Source: an uncultured Gammaproteobacteria bacterium | Lineage (GTDB): Bacteria; Pseudomonadota; Gammaproteobacteria; JACCXJ01 | Reading direction: 5' to 3' | NCBI GenBank assembly: GCA_963764725.1 | Contig: CAVXTM010000012.1 | Span: 1-64,000 of the forward strand | Length of the DNA: 64,000 nt | Shown here: positions 40,954 through 51,568 of the stretch, in pieces | How positions within the stretch are numbered: position 1 is the first letter of the stretch | Layout: the number at the start of each line of letters is the position of its first letter | Position numbers and translations under genes: made by a program | Notes under the pieces: generated by a model | The model's input: the letters and a program-made list of their open reading frames with translations, nothing else | Database searches by the model: none | Told to the model about the DNA's origin: nothing

Positions 40954-41882
40954 GCCTTCCCCCGTGGCACGTGCACTACCTTGGCATGGTCGGTTGCTTC
41001 GGTCTCAATCCACCCGATACTGGGATCGACCCGTGCACCGGTGGTCAAGAAGGCGTGCAGATCGTGAGCCAGCGCATCGAGTTGTGCCAGTAGCACCCGG
41101 TTCGCGCGAACGAAGGCGTTGTAGGCGAGCACCGCGGGAATGGCCACCCCCAAACCCACCGCGGTCATGATCAAGGCTTCACCCACCGGGCCGGCGATCT
41201 GTGCCAGCGAGGCTTGCCCGGTGATCCCAATCCGCACTAAGGCATGGTAGATCCCCCACACGGTCCCGAATAAGCCAATGAATGGTGCCGTGCTGCCCAC
41301 CGAGGCCAGTAAGGTAAGACCCGATTCCAAGCGCGCCGTCGCGTAGTCGATGCTTTGACGTAGCGCACGGGTAATGAAATCACTGTGCGTGCAGGCCTCG
41401 CCGAGCGTCTGCGCTTGATGCTTACGGTAATGCATGTCAGACCCGGTCCCCTGGCGCAAGAGCTCCGCAAATATATCGCGCCAGCGCCGGCTCTCCAGAT
41501 CGGCCGCCGCCTGCGCCAGCGACGGCGCTGCCCAGAAGTGACGAACCACCTTGGAGGCCCGATGCCGCAATATCCACGTGCGCGCGCCCTTGTTGATGAT
41601 CAGATACCAAGTCGCCACCGACATCAACAGTAGGATCCCGAGCAGCGAAAGAATCACTACGTCGGCTTGCGCGAAAAAAGACTCTACACCAAACTCAGGC
41701 ACCAGCGCCGTTGCACCAGTCGCTAGCGAATCGACCAGATCCCCCGGATTGCCCCCCGCCAGCGGCGGCGCATGGGGCGGCTGTATGATCTCCGCCGGCA
41801 TCGCCGGTGGATTCGGCACTAACAACGCCGCCGCTTGCTCAACCGGATCAGCCGGTAACGCTGTCTCTGCGTGTTGTGCCAT
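40950..41882 (-). CDS. exbB: ExbB/TolQ proton channel
   Basis: LASVGSTAPFIGLFGTVWGI and GPVGEALIMTA.GL.VAIPAV. Confidence 0.95.
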   Translation of the reverse strand: MAQHAETALPADPVEQAAALLVPNPPAMPAEIIQPPHAPPLAGGNPGDLVDSLATGATALVPEFGVESFFAQADVVILSLLGILLLMSVATWYLIINKGARTWILRHRASKVVRHFWAAPSLAQAAADLESRRWRDIFAELLRQGTGSDMHYRKHQAQTLGEACTHSDFITRALRQSIDYATARLESGLTLLASVGSTAPFIGLFGTVWGIYHALVRIGITGQASLAQIAGPVGEALIMTAVGLGVAIPAVLAYNAFVRANRVLLAQLDALAHDLHAFLTTGARVDPSIGWIETEATDHAKVVHVPRGKA

Positions 41883-41887
41883 GAGCT

Positions 41888-42511
41888 TTATCCTCTCAGT
41901 GTGAAAACGATGGGAACGATAACCCATGCCCGAACCGAACGATCCCCAAGCTTCGCCGGTACAAATGTCCATTGCGAAACCGCCTCTCGCGCCGCCGAAT
42001 CAAGGCGCGCAAAACCACTGCTGCTGGTTACCTGAATATCCTCCGGATGACCTTCTACACTGACTAAAACCCGCAGCAGCACCCTACCCTTCTCCCCCAA
42101 ACGACGCGAAAGCGCCGGGTAACGCGGCGCCGGGTTGTTTAAGTAATTAGCAGAAAAACGCGGCGGCAGCGGCTCCGGTGGTACCTCGGTCTTCGGACCC
42201 CTCAGCGCCGGGGCTGCCTCGGCCACCGGCCCAGGCTCCGGCACAGACTCCTCCCAAGGGTGTATATGGATCGCGTTTGGTAAGAGACTCTTCTCGACCA
42301 CCTTCTTCGGCTTGGGTTTGGGTTTAGGCTTGGGCTGCGGAACCACCTCGACTTTCGGCGGCGCCGGCGACTCTATTAGGGTAACCATCAGCGGATGCGG
42401 CGCTTGCAACAGTACCGCCCTCCCCGGCTTGTAGTGCGCAGCGCACACCAACGCAACCACGTGTAAGCCTATCGCTAGCAATAAACTAACAAACGAATGA
42501 TCCTCCCTCAA
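41888..42511 (-). CDS. tonB: Energy transducer TonB
   Basis: N-terminal TM with His, PKPKPKP spacer and NPAPRYP..GRVLLRV..SSG..RLD.AA..WTFVPA. Confidence 0.92.
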   Translation of the reverse strand: MREDHSFVSLLLAIGLHVVALVCAAHYKPGRAVLLQAPHPLMVTLIESPAPPKVEVVPQPKPKPKPKPKKVVEKSLLPNAIHIHPWEESVPEPGPVAEAAPALRGPKTEVPPEPLPPRFSANYLNNPAPRYPALSRRLGEKGRVLLRVLVSVEGHPEDIQVTSSSGFARLDSAAREAVSQWTFVPAKLGDRSVRAWVIVPIVFTLRG

Positions 42512-42533
42512 ACCTTGGCGACCCCCGCGCCCG

Positions 42534-43490
42534 CTACTTTTTGGCCCAGATGACGATCCCGGTGACCGATAAGATACACACCATGAGACCTGTTATAGAG
42601 ATCATAATTCGTCCGGGAAGGCCCGCGATCTGGCCGCTATGCATCGGATACTGCAGCTGGGCGAAGACATCACCTGCCGTGCCCTCTCCAGGCCGATGCG
42701 CGCCGGTCGGCAAACCGGTTACTCCATCGAAATAGAGCCAGCGGTTTCCGAGTCCAGGGGCACGGTCTAGCCCAAAACCCACACCAAACACTCCATAAAG
42801 AGGATCGTAGAAAATACCGTTTGCCGAATCCTGCCAGCCGAATGATTCCGCTTCACGGAGCGCCGCGTTCAGGATCTCGCGAAATGATACGCGAGCCTCG
42901 ATCGGTTGTTCGGGCGAGTGCTCTTCTCGTACATCGAACGGCGAGGGAGTCAGCGGTGAGAAAATTTCAACGACCGGCTCGAAAACCTCGTCATGGAGAT
43001 TAAAGGAAATGCTGCTTACGGCCATTACCAAGAGCAGGAACCAGAACCACAGACCACCGGCGCGATGGAGATCGAAATTGAACCGATAGCGGCTTCCGGT
43101 ACGCTTAATGCGCCAGGAGATTTTCCAGCGCTGCCAGAAGGTTTTCGTAACGTTGAGATGTTTGTTCGCCGCTGTGCGCGGATGCTCTTTGAGGCGCGCG
43201 GGCAAGGTCAAATAAAAGCCAAAAAAACAATCGAATACCCATACCAGGCCGATGATACCCATCAACCAAACTCCCCAGTTTCCAGGTAGATATAAGGAAT
43301 AGTGAACAGAGTAGAGGAAGGGAAGTAGATGTTTACGCTCCAAACAACATGCGCCCCATAGCCGTTTACCCAATATCTGTCCAGTCGCAGGATCAACAAA
43401 TATCTCGTCGAAACCAAGTGCAGGTGACTTACCCGTAGCGGCATCCCGTCGCGGCGCGACGCGAACGACCCTACTGTGGTTTGGCTCGGT
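42534..43490 (-). pseudogene. PepSY-associated TM-helix protein, 5'-truncated
   Basis: IFVDPATG, LY.VHYSL, FDLHRAGGLW and QYPMHSG..GLPGR; the N-terminal first TM/His segment is absent and there is no credible start. Confidence 0.75.
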
Positions 43491-43576
43491 GCGTAGCGGC
43501 AGGGCCTTCGAGGGACCCGTCAAGAACTCAAAGCCAACCCGTTGCTTCAACTTGCGCCGCCCTGCCGACCAATGGC

Positions 43577-43762
43577 TTAGCTAGGATTGCAGTGCAATAC
43601 AATGCTATTCATGAAGCCCCTCGGGACATAGGCGGAATCCTCGGGCGACAAAGCCACGCCCACGCATTGGCAGGGCAGAGGCGATCTCGCACTGCATTCG
43701 AACAGCGTGCCACATCGGGGACAGAGCTGGAGACGGAAGAGAAATGTGCTATCCGCGGTCAC
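43577..43762 (-). pseudogene. Cysteine-rich CWC-family relic
   Basis: CPRCGTLFEC...CQC..VAL; the C-terminal Cys motif is degenerate. Confidence 0.45.
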
Positions 43763-44643
43763 TCGCGTTTGAATGCGAGAATCATCGCCAAATCATGTTC
43801 GGCCGCGGCGTAGTCGATTTCATCTTGTTTGGCCAAAGCAATGGCCCGGTGGATGAAGAACTCCGCCGCATCAAGATCCCGTTCAAAGATCAGGATGCTG
43901 CCCAGACCGTTAAGTGCCGAATAATCGTTCGGGTTGACGAAGAGCGCCTCGAAGAAAAAGCGTTCGGCCCGCTCGATCAATCGATCTATGGGCGGACGGC
44001 CCGCCTGGATCGCTGCCCAGTGCTTCAGCATGTAGGCGTTCTTGTGGTGATACCCTGCGAGGTTGAGCACCATCTGTTCCAGGGGCCATGCCTTTTCGGC
44101 ATCGACCGTGACGCCGTCCACGAGCTGCTGCTTCTCCTTGGCACCCTGAAGATCCCGATTCGCCAGGCGATCCGTTACCTCTCTTTGACCCTGGACGATT
44201 CGCTGGATAGTCTGCTGGAGTTCCCGGCTCTGACTGCTCATCATGGTCGGGATCTCGTTCGCCGCATCCGGGGACTCGCGAACGGCACGGCGGAGGCGCT
44301 CGACCCAATCGGTCTTGCGGCCCTGCAGATTCAGATAGATGGTGTTCTGAAGGAAGTACGGCAATCGCGTGTTATCGCGCACACAGGCCACGATAAACCG
44401 GTTCAGATGAAAGGCGGTCAGCACTTCGGCGGCAACCCAGCGGGACTTTGCCGCTGCCTTCGACCAGAGAAGGATCAAGACGCGGCTGTTCTTGATGGCA
44501 GTCTGCAGTTCCTTGCGCAACAAGACCCCTAGACGGATTTCCGAATGGTCCAACCACACCTTCGAGCCGTCCTCCTCAAGAAGTTCTTCTAGCCGTGCGG
44601 CCGGCGCGGCGTCTTTCGATGCATGGCTAATGAACGCGTTCAT
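43759..44643 (-). CDS. Soluble TIR domain + TPR protein
   Basis: AFISHASKD..VWLD..SRWVAAE (catalytic Glu); C-terminal TPR (EALFVNPNDYSALNGLGSIL). Confidence 0.88.
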   Translation of the reverse strand: MNAFISHASKDAAPAARLEELLEEDGSKVWLDHSEIRLGVLLRKELQTAIKNSRVLILLWSKAAAKSRWVAAEVLTAFHLNRFIVACVRDNTRLPYFLQNTIYLNLQGRKTDWVERLRRAVRESPDAANEIPTMMSSQSRELQQTIQRIVQGQREVTDRLANRDLQGAKEKQQLVDGVTVDAEKAWPLEQMVLNLAGYHHKNAYMLKHWAAIQAGRPPIDRLIERAERFFFEALFVNPNDYSALNGLGSILIFERDLDAAEFFIHRAIALAKQDEIDYAAAEHDLAMILAFKRE

Positions 44644-44846
44644 CTCTTATCACCACTGATGGCTGTCTCCTTGCCGCCCAACGAGAAAAAGATAAGCTAC
44701 TGCGGAGCACGGCTGTCATGATCAAAATCGGGGCTGAGTCCGGCCATTTCTCCCTAACTCGTTTCCTCTAGCCGCCACCCTTGCTCCCAGACATCGCTCC
44801 TATCGGTGCCTCCGAGTTCCGACAGCTGGCGAAACTCTTGATCCAT

Positions 44847-45038
44847 TCATTTACTCTCGACCGGTGTTTCATTTTGCCGCGATGACGGCGTTGCCCCAGA
44901 GTTAAGAGGATCAGGTCGCGTAGGAGGTGCGAACCAACTCATAACGATGATAAATACGGTTATAATGGCCCAGATCCACATAAAAATATTCAAGCCCTTT
45001 GACTGGGCAATTCGAGAAACCCATTGCCTGAAACTCAT
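44847..45038 (-). CDS. Small single-pass membrane hypothetical protein
   Basis: GAGG RBS; IFMWIWAIITVFIIVMSWF TM; AT-rich. Confidence 0.45.
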   Translation of the reverse strand: MSFRQWVSRIAQSKGLNIFMWIWAIITVFIIVMSWFAPPTRPDPLNSGATPSSRQNETPVESK

Positions 45039-45473
45039 AGTAATAAACCTCTTCCCTAAACTCGATTTCAACAACAGCTAGGTCTTTCAGATTAGCATGT
45101 GCGACGAAGGTGAAACAACGAGTGAGTAAGATAGGACTCTTGCCCATAGTAAGCGCGTCCAATTCAAAGAATACATCGGGAGAAGCGCATGACCACGAAA
45201 GCCGAGGACATCAGAGCCGTATCGCAACCAGGCTTCTTTGCGGGAGAAAAGCGCTGCCGATGATCTGCTCAACGAACTCGCCAAGCTCGCGGTCGGCTGA
45301 GCAGTACCGCTGACGGGCCATGGGATACTCGACCGGCAAGTGCAGTTTCTTCTACATCGTCCCCGCAAGCTTATTTTGCGACTATAAATAGTGATGTCTA
45401 TAATTTGTGTGCTCCTCGCAACGCTTATATTCCTCAGCTCTCTTAGGCCCACTTGAACCCTGAATAGCAGTTC

Positions 45474-46575
45474 TAGTGGCCTGTAACATATAAGTTAGCA
45501 GTATAATCGCGGTCATGAAAACCGCGATAAAATTGATGGAAACCGAACGTGTGGAATTGACCAAGCGAGCCATAAGTCGGACGGGCCGTGCGGAGGATGC
45601 GCGCCGCGCACGGTTGATTTTGTTGCTTGAGCAAGGCCACACATGGGCTGAGATTCGAAGCAAGCTCGCATGCAATGATGGGTTTATCAATAGCTGGAGC
45701 AAACGTTTTAGTGACGAGCGGCTTGCCGGTTTGTACAGTCGGCACAGGGGACAGCCGGCGAACAAACTCGATGTGCGAGGCGAAGCGAAGATCTTGGCCT
45801 GGACCACCAAGAAGAAACCGCCCGATGGCTCCACGCATTGGAGCACCCGCAAGCTTGCGCGCGAGCTTGGGCTTTCTCATATGATGGTAGCGCGGGTATG
45901 GGCTAAGCATGGGTTGAAACCCCATCGGGTGGAGCGCTATATGGCTTCCAACGACCCGGACTTCGAGGCTAAGGCGGCTGACATCATTGGGTTGTATCTG
46001 AACCCCCCGCAACACGCCGCGGTCTTCTGCGTGGACGAGAAGACCGCCATCCAAGCCTTGAACCGTAAAGACCCGCTGCTGCCGCTCTCCCCGGGACGCG
46101 CCGAGCGGCACGGCTTTGAGTATTACCGGCACGGCACCTTGAGTCTGTACGCCGCCTTCAACACCAAAACCGGAGGGATTCTGGGTAAGACCGCCGATCG
46201 CCATACCTCCGCGGAGTTTGTCGCGTTTTTGACCGACATCGTGGCGAGCCAACCCAAGAACAAGGAGATCCATGTCATCGCGGATAACCTCTCGGCTCAC
46301 AAGACCAAGCGGGTAGAAGAGTTCCTTGACCAGCATCCGAACGTGCGTCTTCATTTCATCCCCACTTACTCCTCTTGGCTAAACCAAGTGGAGCTGTGGT
46401 TCGCCAAGATCGAGCGCGATGTCATCGCCCGCGGCATCTTCACTTCGGTCAATGATCTTAAAAGAAAACTCATGCGCTATATCCGTCACTACAACAAGAA
46501 ACCTAAAACCGTGAAGTGGAAATACTTTGATCCCTCACGCCGCATCACTACTAAAGTGCCTGTTACAGGTCACTA
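45474..46575 (+). mobile_element. IS630-family insertion sequence, complete
   Basis: Ends CTAGTGGCCTGTAACA and TGTTACAGGTCACTAG (inverted, one mismatch); TA duplication within a CTAG target. Confidence 0.93.
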
Positions 46576-46576
46576 G
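45515..46576 (+). CDS. IS630 transposase
   Basis: HWSTRKLA, VDEKTAIQAL, IADNLSAHK and PTYSSWLNQVE.WF. Confidence 0.95.
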   Translation: MKTAIKLMETERVELTKRAISRTGRAEDARRARLILLLEQGHTWAEIRSKLACNDGFINSWSKRFSDERLAGLYSRHRGQPANKLDVRGEAKILAWTTKKKPPDGSTHWSTRKLARELGLSHMMVARVWAKHGLKPHRVERYMASNDPDFEAKAADIIGLYLNPPQHAAVFCVDEKTAIQALNRKDPLLPLSPGRAERHGFEYYRHGTLSLYAAFNTKTGGILGKTADRHTSAEFVAFLTDIVASQPKNKEIHVIADNLSAHKTKRVEEFLDQHPNVRLHFIPTYSSWLNQVELWFAKIERDVIARGIFTSVNDLKRKLMRYIRHYNKKPKTVKWKYFDPSRRITTKVPVTGH

Positions 46577-46708
46577 CAATTAGGTTGGCCACCCAGTACC
46601 AAGACCTTTTGCGATGCGGCCTATCATGCACTTGCTATCGTACAAGGTGGAGTATTGGTCACTGCCGACCGAAAGTATCTGCCATCATTCACGCATTTGG
46701 ACAGCTGA
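46577..46708 (+). pseudogene. VapC/PIN toxin C-terminal relic next to IS630
   Basis: AIRLATQYQ / TFCDAAYHALAIVQGGVLVTADRKY..* carries the PIN DAxYxALA and TAD motifs. Confidence 0.7.
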
Positions 46709-46715
46709 GAGCACC

Positions 46716-46976
46716 ATGGCGAAATTGAAACACGAGACAGAGTTGGTGAAGGCGGCAATTGCGGCAGGAGTGAAGTATGCTGAGGATCGCGGCGCCGCCA
46801 TATTTGAGCCTACGGATTCGGCCAGTGAGAAGATTCTGTATATCTACCGTCTGCTGGTGCACGACAAGGTGATTCAACCTTTGCCAGAAGACAAGGTCTC
46901 GCAACAAAGCATGCGACACAAGCTGGCCATATGGTACTCGAAGCGTTTGCCGAAAGATGATCCGCTGATGAAATAA
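46716..46976 (+). CDS. DUF5062 family protein
   Basis: KLKHETELVKAAI..G..YA..RG..FE.TDS..K..YIYRLLVHDK.IQPLP..HKLAIW. Confidence 0.75.
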   Translation: MAKLKHETELVKAAIAAGVKYAEDRGAAIFEPTDSASEKILYIYRLLVHDKVIQPLPEDKVSQQSMRHKLAIWYSKRLPKDDPLMK

Positions 46977-47090
46977 TCGGGGCTTTTAATACTGACATTT
47001 TGCACAAGTGGAGCAATCACCCGCTCGGCTTTGCGCGGGGTCGGCATAGCACTCAATGTACCGCTCGCGGATCCGGGCGACGGTTATGTG

Positions 47091-48728
47091 TTAAGGCTGC
47101 AGTCGTTCCTCCTGTCCGCCAGTAACGCAGGTATTGGGGGTATGTGACCTTGGAAGTGGCCTTCCCGGTTGTGGACGGAACACGTGATCAAATACTGGCT
47201 GCCCGACCCGTTCTTCGATACCCCGGAGGGTACCTAGTTCGGTAACGGCCGCAGCCCGCAAGAACTCTTCCGCCCACCAGAAGACATCGTGCTTGCGGAT
47301 GGATCGCTGCAACCCGTGCATCCTCCTCCGGCGTTCTTCTCCCGTCATGCCGTATGCCCGGTAGATCGCCTCGGCCATGCCTTCGGTGTCGCAGGGATCG
47401 ATCAGCAAAGCGCCTCTTCCCAATTGCTCCGCGGCGCCGGCGAATTTGCTCAGGATCAGCACCCCTGCATCGTCGGTGCTGCATGCACAATACTCCTTCG
47501 CCACCAGATTCATGCCGTCCTTAAGCGGCGTTACCAAGGAGATATCCGCGGCGCGGTAGTAGGTGAGGAGATCTGACCGGCTGAGGCAACCAAACACATA
47601 CCAGACCGGCAGCCAGTCACCGGGCCTAGCCCATTCGCCGTTGATCCCGCGCACGAGCTGCTCGATCGTCATCTTGAGCTTCGCGTATTCGGGAATCTTG
47701 ACCCGGCTTGGCACAACCACCTGAAGCAACGAGATCCGCCCGCGGAGCTCCGGATAGCGGGCCAGCGCGCTCCTGAAAGCCTGCAAACGGTATGGAATAC
47801 CCTTGGTATAATCGAGACGATCCACACTGAAGATAAGCTTGCGCTCGGAGAGGCGATCGCGAAGCGCTTTGACCTTGTTCGCCACCAACGGCTTCGCGGC
47901 CTGTGTGTGAAAGGCTCGGTAGTCGATGCTGATGGGAAAATGACCGATTTTCACTTCCCGATCGCGGGTCGCGGCCTTAACAACCTCACCCTTACCCTTT
48001 ACCTGGATCTCATTACAGAGGCACTGCAGGCACTGCACCAAATTGCGCTGATCCCGCAAGGTCTGGAGACCGATCAGATCGCATTCCAGCAATCCCTGCA
48101 GCAGGGACATACGCCACGGCAACTTCAAGAAGGTATCGAGCGGCGGAAACGGAACGTGCAGAAAAAACCCGATCTTCGATGTCACGCCGAGGCGGCGCAA
48201 CCCAGCGGCCACTGCCATGAGGTGGTAATCGTGGATCCAAATGAAATCGCCGGCTTGCGCCGTCTCACGGATCACCTCGGCGAATCGCCGGTTGACCTCG
48301 CGGTAGGCTTGCCAGTACCGCAGTTCATAATTGCAGAGCGTTTCCAGATCGTGGAACAACGGCCAGAGGATTTCGTTGGCAAATCCATGGTAGAAATTCT
48401 GGATTTCCGCGGCGCTCAAGATCACCGGCTTGAGCGCATAGCCTAGCTGCTCGCTCGCGTCCGCCACTGCGCGATTGATGTCCTCTCGGCCCGCCGTGGC
48501 TCCCGGCCAGCCGATCCAGATCCCGCCGCGATCGCGCAATACGGGAGCCAGCGCCGTCACCAAACCGCCTGAACCGGGCTCCGGCCGCAAGTGGCCATCA
48601 TCGCCCGTGCGAAACACGACGGGTAACCGATTCGAGACCACGATTAGCCGGTTTCTGCGCTTACGCAGGCTCAATGCTTGGGGTCGCAGCCACGAGCGGC
48701 GCGTTTGGGAATGTACGCGGATTGCCAT
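47091..48728 (-). CDS. otsA: Trehalose-6-phosphate synthase (GT20)
   Basis: VSNRLP, GGLVTAL, WIHDYHL, FLHVPFP, DRLDYTKG and DGMNLVAKEY; exact start uncertain. Confidence 0.92.
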   Translation of the reverse strand: MAIRVHSQTRRSWLRPQALSLRKRRNRLIVVSNRLPVVFRTGDDGHLRPEPGSGGLVTALAPVLRDRGGIWIGWPGATAGREDINRAVADASEQLGYALKPVILSAAEIQNFYHGFANEILWPLFHDLETLCNYELRYWQAYREVNRRFAEVIRETAQAGDFIWIHDYHLMAVAAGLRRLGVTSKIGFFLHVPFPPLDTFLKLPWRMSLLQGLLECDLIGLQTLRDQRNLVQCLQCLCNEIQVKGKGEVVKAATRDREVKIGHFPISIDYRAFHTQAAKPLVANKVKALRDRLSERKLIFSVDRLDYTKGIPYRLQAFRSALARYPELRGRISLLQVVVPSRVKIPEYAKLKMTIEQLVRGINGEWARPGDWLPVWYVFGCLSRSDLLTYYRAADISLVTPLKDGMNLVAKEYCACSTDDAGVLILSKFAGAAEQLGRGALLIDPCDTEGMAEAIYRAYGMTGEERRRRMHGLQRSIRKHDVFWWAEEFLRAAAVTELGTLRGIEERVGQPVFDHVFRPQPGRPLPRSHTPNTCVTGGQEERLQP

Positions 48729-49020
48729 CGCAAATCATGGGGCCGCGGGAAGAACATGCCGGCTGGCGATTCGCTCATGGCGGTGGACGATTTTTGCAGC
48801 CGGATGAGGAACCGTCTCCAGTTGCGTCTTAGGATCTCTCGTTGCATGGTTGAACCCCTTTGTTACAATTCCAGCGACCTCGCCGGAAATCGCCCGGCGA
48901 GGCCCTCACAGGGCAAAGCCGCAAAGCGCCGTGGTTACCGCTCTCGCCCGAAGACATTTTATAAGCCGGGCCGCAAATCCTTAGCCGCGGTTTGGCTCGC
49001 CAAACTCGCATAGATCCTGG

Positions 49021-49035
49021 GCAACGCCTATGCCA
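49021..49035 (-). promoter_or_regulatory. sigma54 -24/-12 promoter toward otsA
   Basis: Minus strand TGGCATAGGCGTTGC; IHF-like CATCAACGGGTTA at 49065-49077. Confidence 0.8.
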
Positions 49036-49123
49036 TTGCGTTGTATTGATATTCCGATTAATAACATCAACGGGTTAGCGCTATACGCGCCGTAGTTAGC
49101 CAGGCTCCTTTCGATCCGGGTCG

Positions 49124-49155
49124 GTCAGGTTTACCGTTTGCGCCGTAAGCCTTAC
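49124..49155. promoter_or_regulatory. Paired activator boxes (GTAA-N3-TTAC)
   Basis: GTCAGGTTTAC at 49124 and GTAAGCCTTAC at 49145; 21 bp period; 89 bp from the sigma54 site. Confidence 0.7.
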
Positions 49156-49253
49156 AATCGGGGCACGCAGTGCCATGGCTGATGAAGACCGAGCGGCGCC
49201 AGCGTAAACCACGCCATCAGCGAGTTACTCGCTCCAATAGAAGAGGCTGCATC

Positions 49254-50597
49254 ATGTCCCATGTGCTGATAGTCGATGACGATGTCGATGCCGCAGCGGG
49301 TCTGACCGAGTTGGTCGCTCGCGAGGGGTTTACCACGGCCACCGCGCACAACTTGAAGGAGGCGTTCGAGCAGATGGCGCGGCAGCGCCCTGACGCGGTG
49401 CTGCTTGACATTAAATTGCCCGACGGCAGCGGCATGGAGTTGTTCGAGAACATCGAATATCGCAACACCACGGAGATCGTCCTCATCACCGGCTACGCCA
49501 GCCTGGAGACCTCGGTGGAGGCGCTGCGCCTCGGCGCGGCCGATTACCTGACCAAGCCGGTGAATTTTAGACAGGTAAAGAAGATCCTGGCGCGCATCGC
49601 CCGGCCCCCCGAACTCAAGGCCGAGATCGGCCGGCTGCGCGGGGAGCTCCGCAGCCTCGGGCGCTTCGGCCCGCTAGTCGGCCAGTCCGCCGCCATGCAA
49701 AGCGTCTACGATCAAATCGCCCGCGTCGCGCCGACCGCGGCGACCGTGCTGATCACAGGGGAGAGCGGTACCGGCAAGGAACTGGTCGCGCAGACCGTGC
49801 ATGAGCTTAGCCGGCGGCGGAAACAACTCTTTCTGCCGGTCAATTGCAGCGCGATCTCGCCCGAACTGCTGGAAAGCGAGGTCTTCGGTCACGAAAAAGG
49901 GAGCTTTACGGGAGCGACGCGCGAGCACAAAGGCTATTTCCAGCGCGCGGACGGCGGGACTTTGTTCTTAGATGAGATCACGGAGATGCCGATCGAGCTG
50001 CAGGCCAAGCTGCTCCGGGTGCTGGAAACCGGGAGCTTCTTGCGGGTGGGCGCCGAACAGCCCATCGAGACCGACGTGCGGGTGATCGCCGCGACCAACC
50101 GAGAGCCCGCGGAGGCAGTGACGCAGGGCAAGCTCCGCGAAGACTTGCTCTATCGCCTTCAGGTCTTCCCGCTGCACCTGCCGCCCCTGCGCGAGCGAGA
50201 GAAGGACATCGAGCTCCTGGTGAACCATTCTCTGGCCGAATTGAATCAAGCCGAGGGCATGGCGAAGACCTTGTCCCGAGAGGCCCTCGCGCAGTTCCGC
50301 AGCCATTCTTGGCGGGGCAACGTGCGCGAGCTTAAGAATGTCCTCCAGCGCGCGTTTATCATGGCCGGCGAGATCATCGATAGCGACTGCCTGCCACCGG
50401 ATTTTGGCTCGGGGAAGGCCCAGTGCGACTTTTCTTCTAAGGATATACCCGTCGGTCTCAGCATCGCCGAGGCGGAGCGGCGCTTAATCCTCGCGACCTT
50501 GGCGCATTGCGGTGGCAATAAGGAAAATACCGCACAGATGCTCGGGATCAGTCTCAAGACTCTGTATAATCGGTTGCGCGATTACGGGTCGGATTAA
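49254..50597 (+). CDS. sigma54-dependent response regulator (NtrC/AtoC type: REC-AAA+-Fis)
   Basis: LIVDDD, GESGTGKE, GSFTGA, LFLDEI, WRGNVREL and LGISLKTLYNRL. Confidence 0.95.
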   Translation: MSHVLIVDDDVDAAAGLTELVAREGFTTATAHNLKEAFEQMARQRPDAVLLDIKLPDGSGMELFENIEYRNTTEIVLITGYASLETSVEALRLGAADYLTKPVNFRQVKKILARIARPPELKAEIGRLRGELRSLGRFGPLVGQSAAMQSVYDQIARVAPTAATVLITGESGTGKELVAQTVHELSRRRKQLFLPVNCSAISPELLESEVFGHEKGSFTGATREHKGYFQRADGGTLFLDEITEMPIELQAKLLRVLETGSFLRVGAEQPIETDVRVIAATNREPAEAVTQGKLREDLLYRLQVFPLHLPPLREREKDIELLVNHSLAELNQAEGMAKTLSREALAQFRSHSWRGNVRELKNVLQRAFIMAGEIIDSDCLPPDFGSGKAQCDFSSKDIPVGLSIAEAERRLILATLAHCGGNKENTAQMLGISLKTLYNRLRDYGSD

Positions 50598-50917
50598 CGC
50601 CTGCGCTCCTGTTCTGCGGGGTCTAGAAACCGCGGCGAAGCTTTTTGCAGACCAGCATACTGTACATAAAATCAACTGTAACACCAGCAGTTGTCCGCTG
50701 CCCGCCGCGTTCCGCGCAGTCACTGATGTTGCTGCCTGGTCCTTTGTATTTACGACACCGAAACCGGCGATTCTTACCGATGGATCCACACTCGCAGGCG
50801 CTGAGCCGTTCGCCGAAGGTCGGAGCTTGCCGGACTATCACGCGGCTGCGGGGACTGACCGGCTTCCACCCGGCCGAGGGCTTTAAATGCCGATCGAGGC
50901 TGCCGAGGGGGCGGCGG

Positions 50918-50949
50918 GTAAGGTTTACAGAGGCGCGGGTAACCCTTAC
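50918..50949. promoter_or_regulatory. Paired activator boxes (GTAA-N3-TTAC)
   Basis: GTAAGGTTTAC at 50918 and GTAACCCTTAC at 50939; 21 bp period; 90 bp before the sigma54 site. Confidence 0.75.
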
Positions 50950-51038
50950 CGATCCTCCCAGCCCAATCGCTTTCCAGGCGCCGCATCGATCGCGACAATG
51001 CCGTGTGCTTCAATTAGATGCATACCTTGGCCACGCCG

Positions 51039-51053
51039 TGGCATAGGCATTGC
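51039..51053 (+). promoter_or_regulatory. sigma54 -24/-12 promoter of the rlpA-like gene
   Basis: TGGCATAGGCATTGC. Confidence 0.8.
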
Positions 51054-51094
51054 CGGATCCGCATTCAGGAGGGTTATTAACAGGAGGATTGAAT

Positions 51095-51568
51095 ATGTTA
51101 TCTGTGAAATCGTACTCATGGACCGTGGCGGTACCGGTCGCGTTTGTGTTGTCTGGATGCAGCGATGGCAGCGCCAAAACCGATAGAGCCAAGATCCATA
51201 AAGAACCAGCTTTCGAACAGACGGGGAAGGCATCGTGGTACGGACCCGGGTTCCATGGCAAGAAGACTGCGAACGGTGAGATCTATAACCAGAACGAGCT
51301 GACGGCAGCGCACCGAACCTTGCCCTTAGGGACCGAGGTGGAAGTCACCAATGTCAAGAATGGCAAATCGGTTGAGGTCGAGATCAACGATCGCGGGCCT
51401 TATGTAAGGGGGCGCGTCATCGACCTCTCGCGTGCCGCGGCCATCGAGCTTGGGATGAAAGAAAGAGGTCTGGCCGTGGTCCAGATCGAGGCCGAGTCCC
51501 TCCCCAAAGGAAAGGGCCGTAGCGCTGCCCAAGGTGCCGACGGGAGCGGAAAAATCGCCCACAACTAG
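51095..51568 (+). CDS. rlpA: RlpA-family lytic transglycosylase lipoprotein (no SPOR domain)
   Basis: Lipobox LSGC; GKASWYG..TANGE, TAAHRTLP and INDRGPY..RVIDLS. Confidence 0.9.
   Translation: MLSVKSYSWTVAVPVAFVLSGCSDGSAKTDRAKIHKEPAFEQTGKASWYGPGFHGKKTANGEIYNQNELTAAHRTLPLGTEVEVTNVKNGKSVEVEINDRGPYVRGRVIDLSRAAAIELGMKERGLAVVQIEAESLPKGKGRSAAQGADGSGKIAHN

Noticed and set aside
44676-44830. Integron attC site (GTTGGGC core upstream of the TIR-TPR gene)
   Set aside because: Only a half site; no matching inverse core or hairpin, and no integrase in the window.
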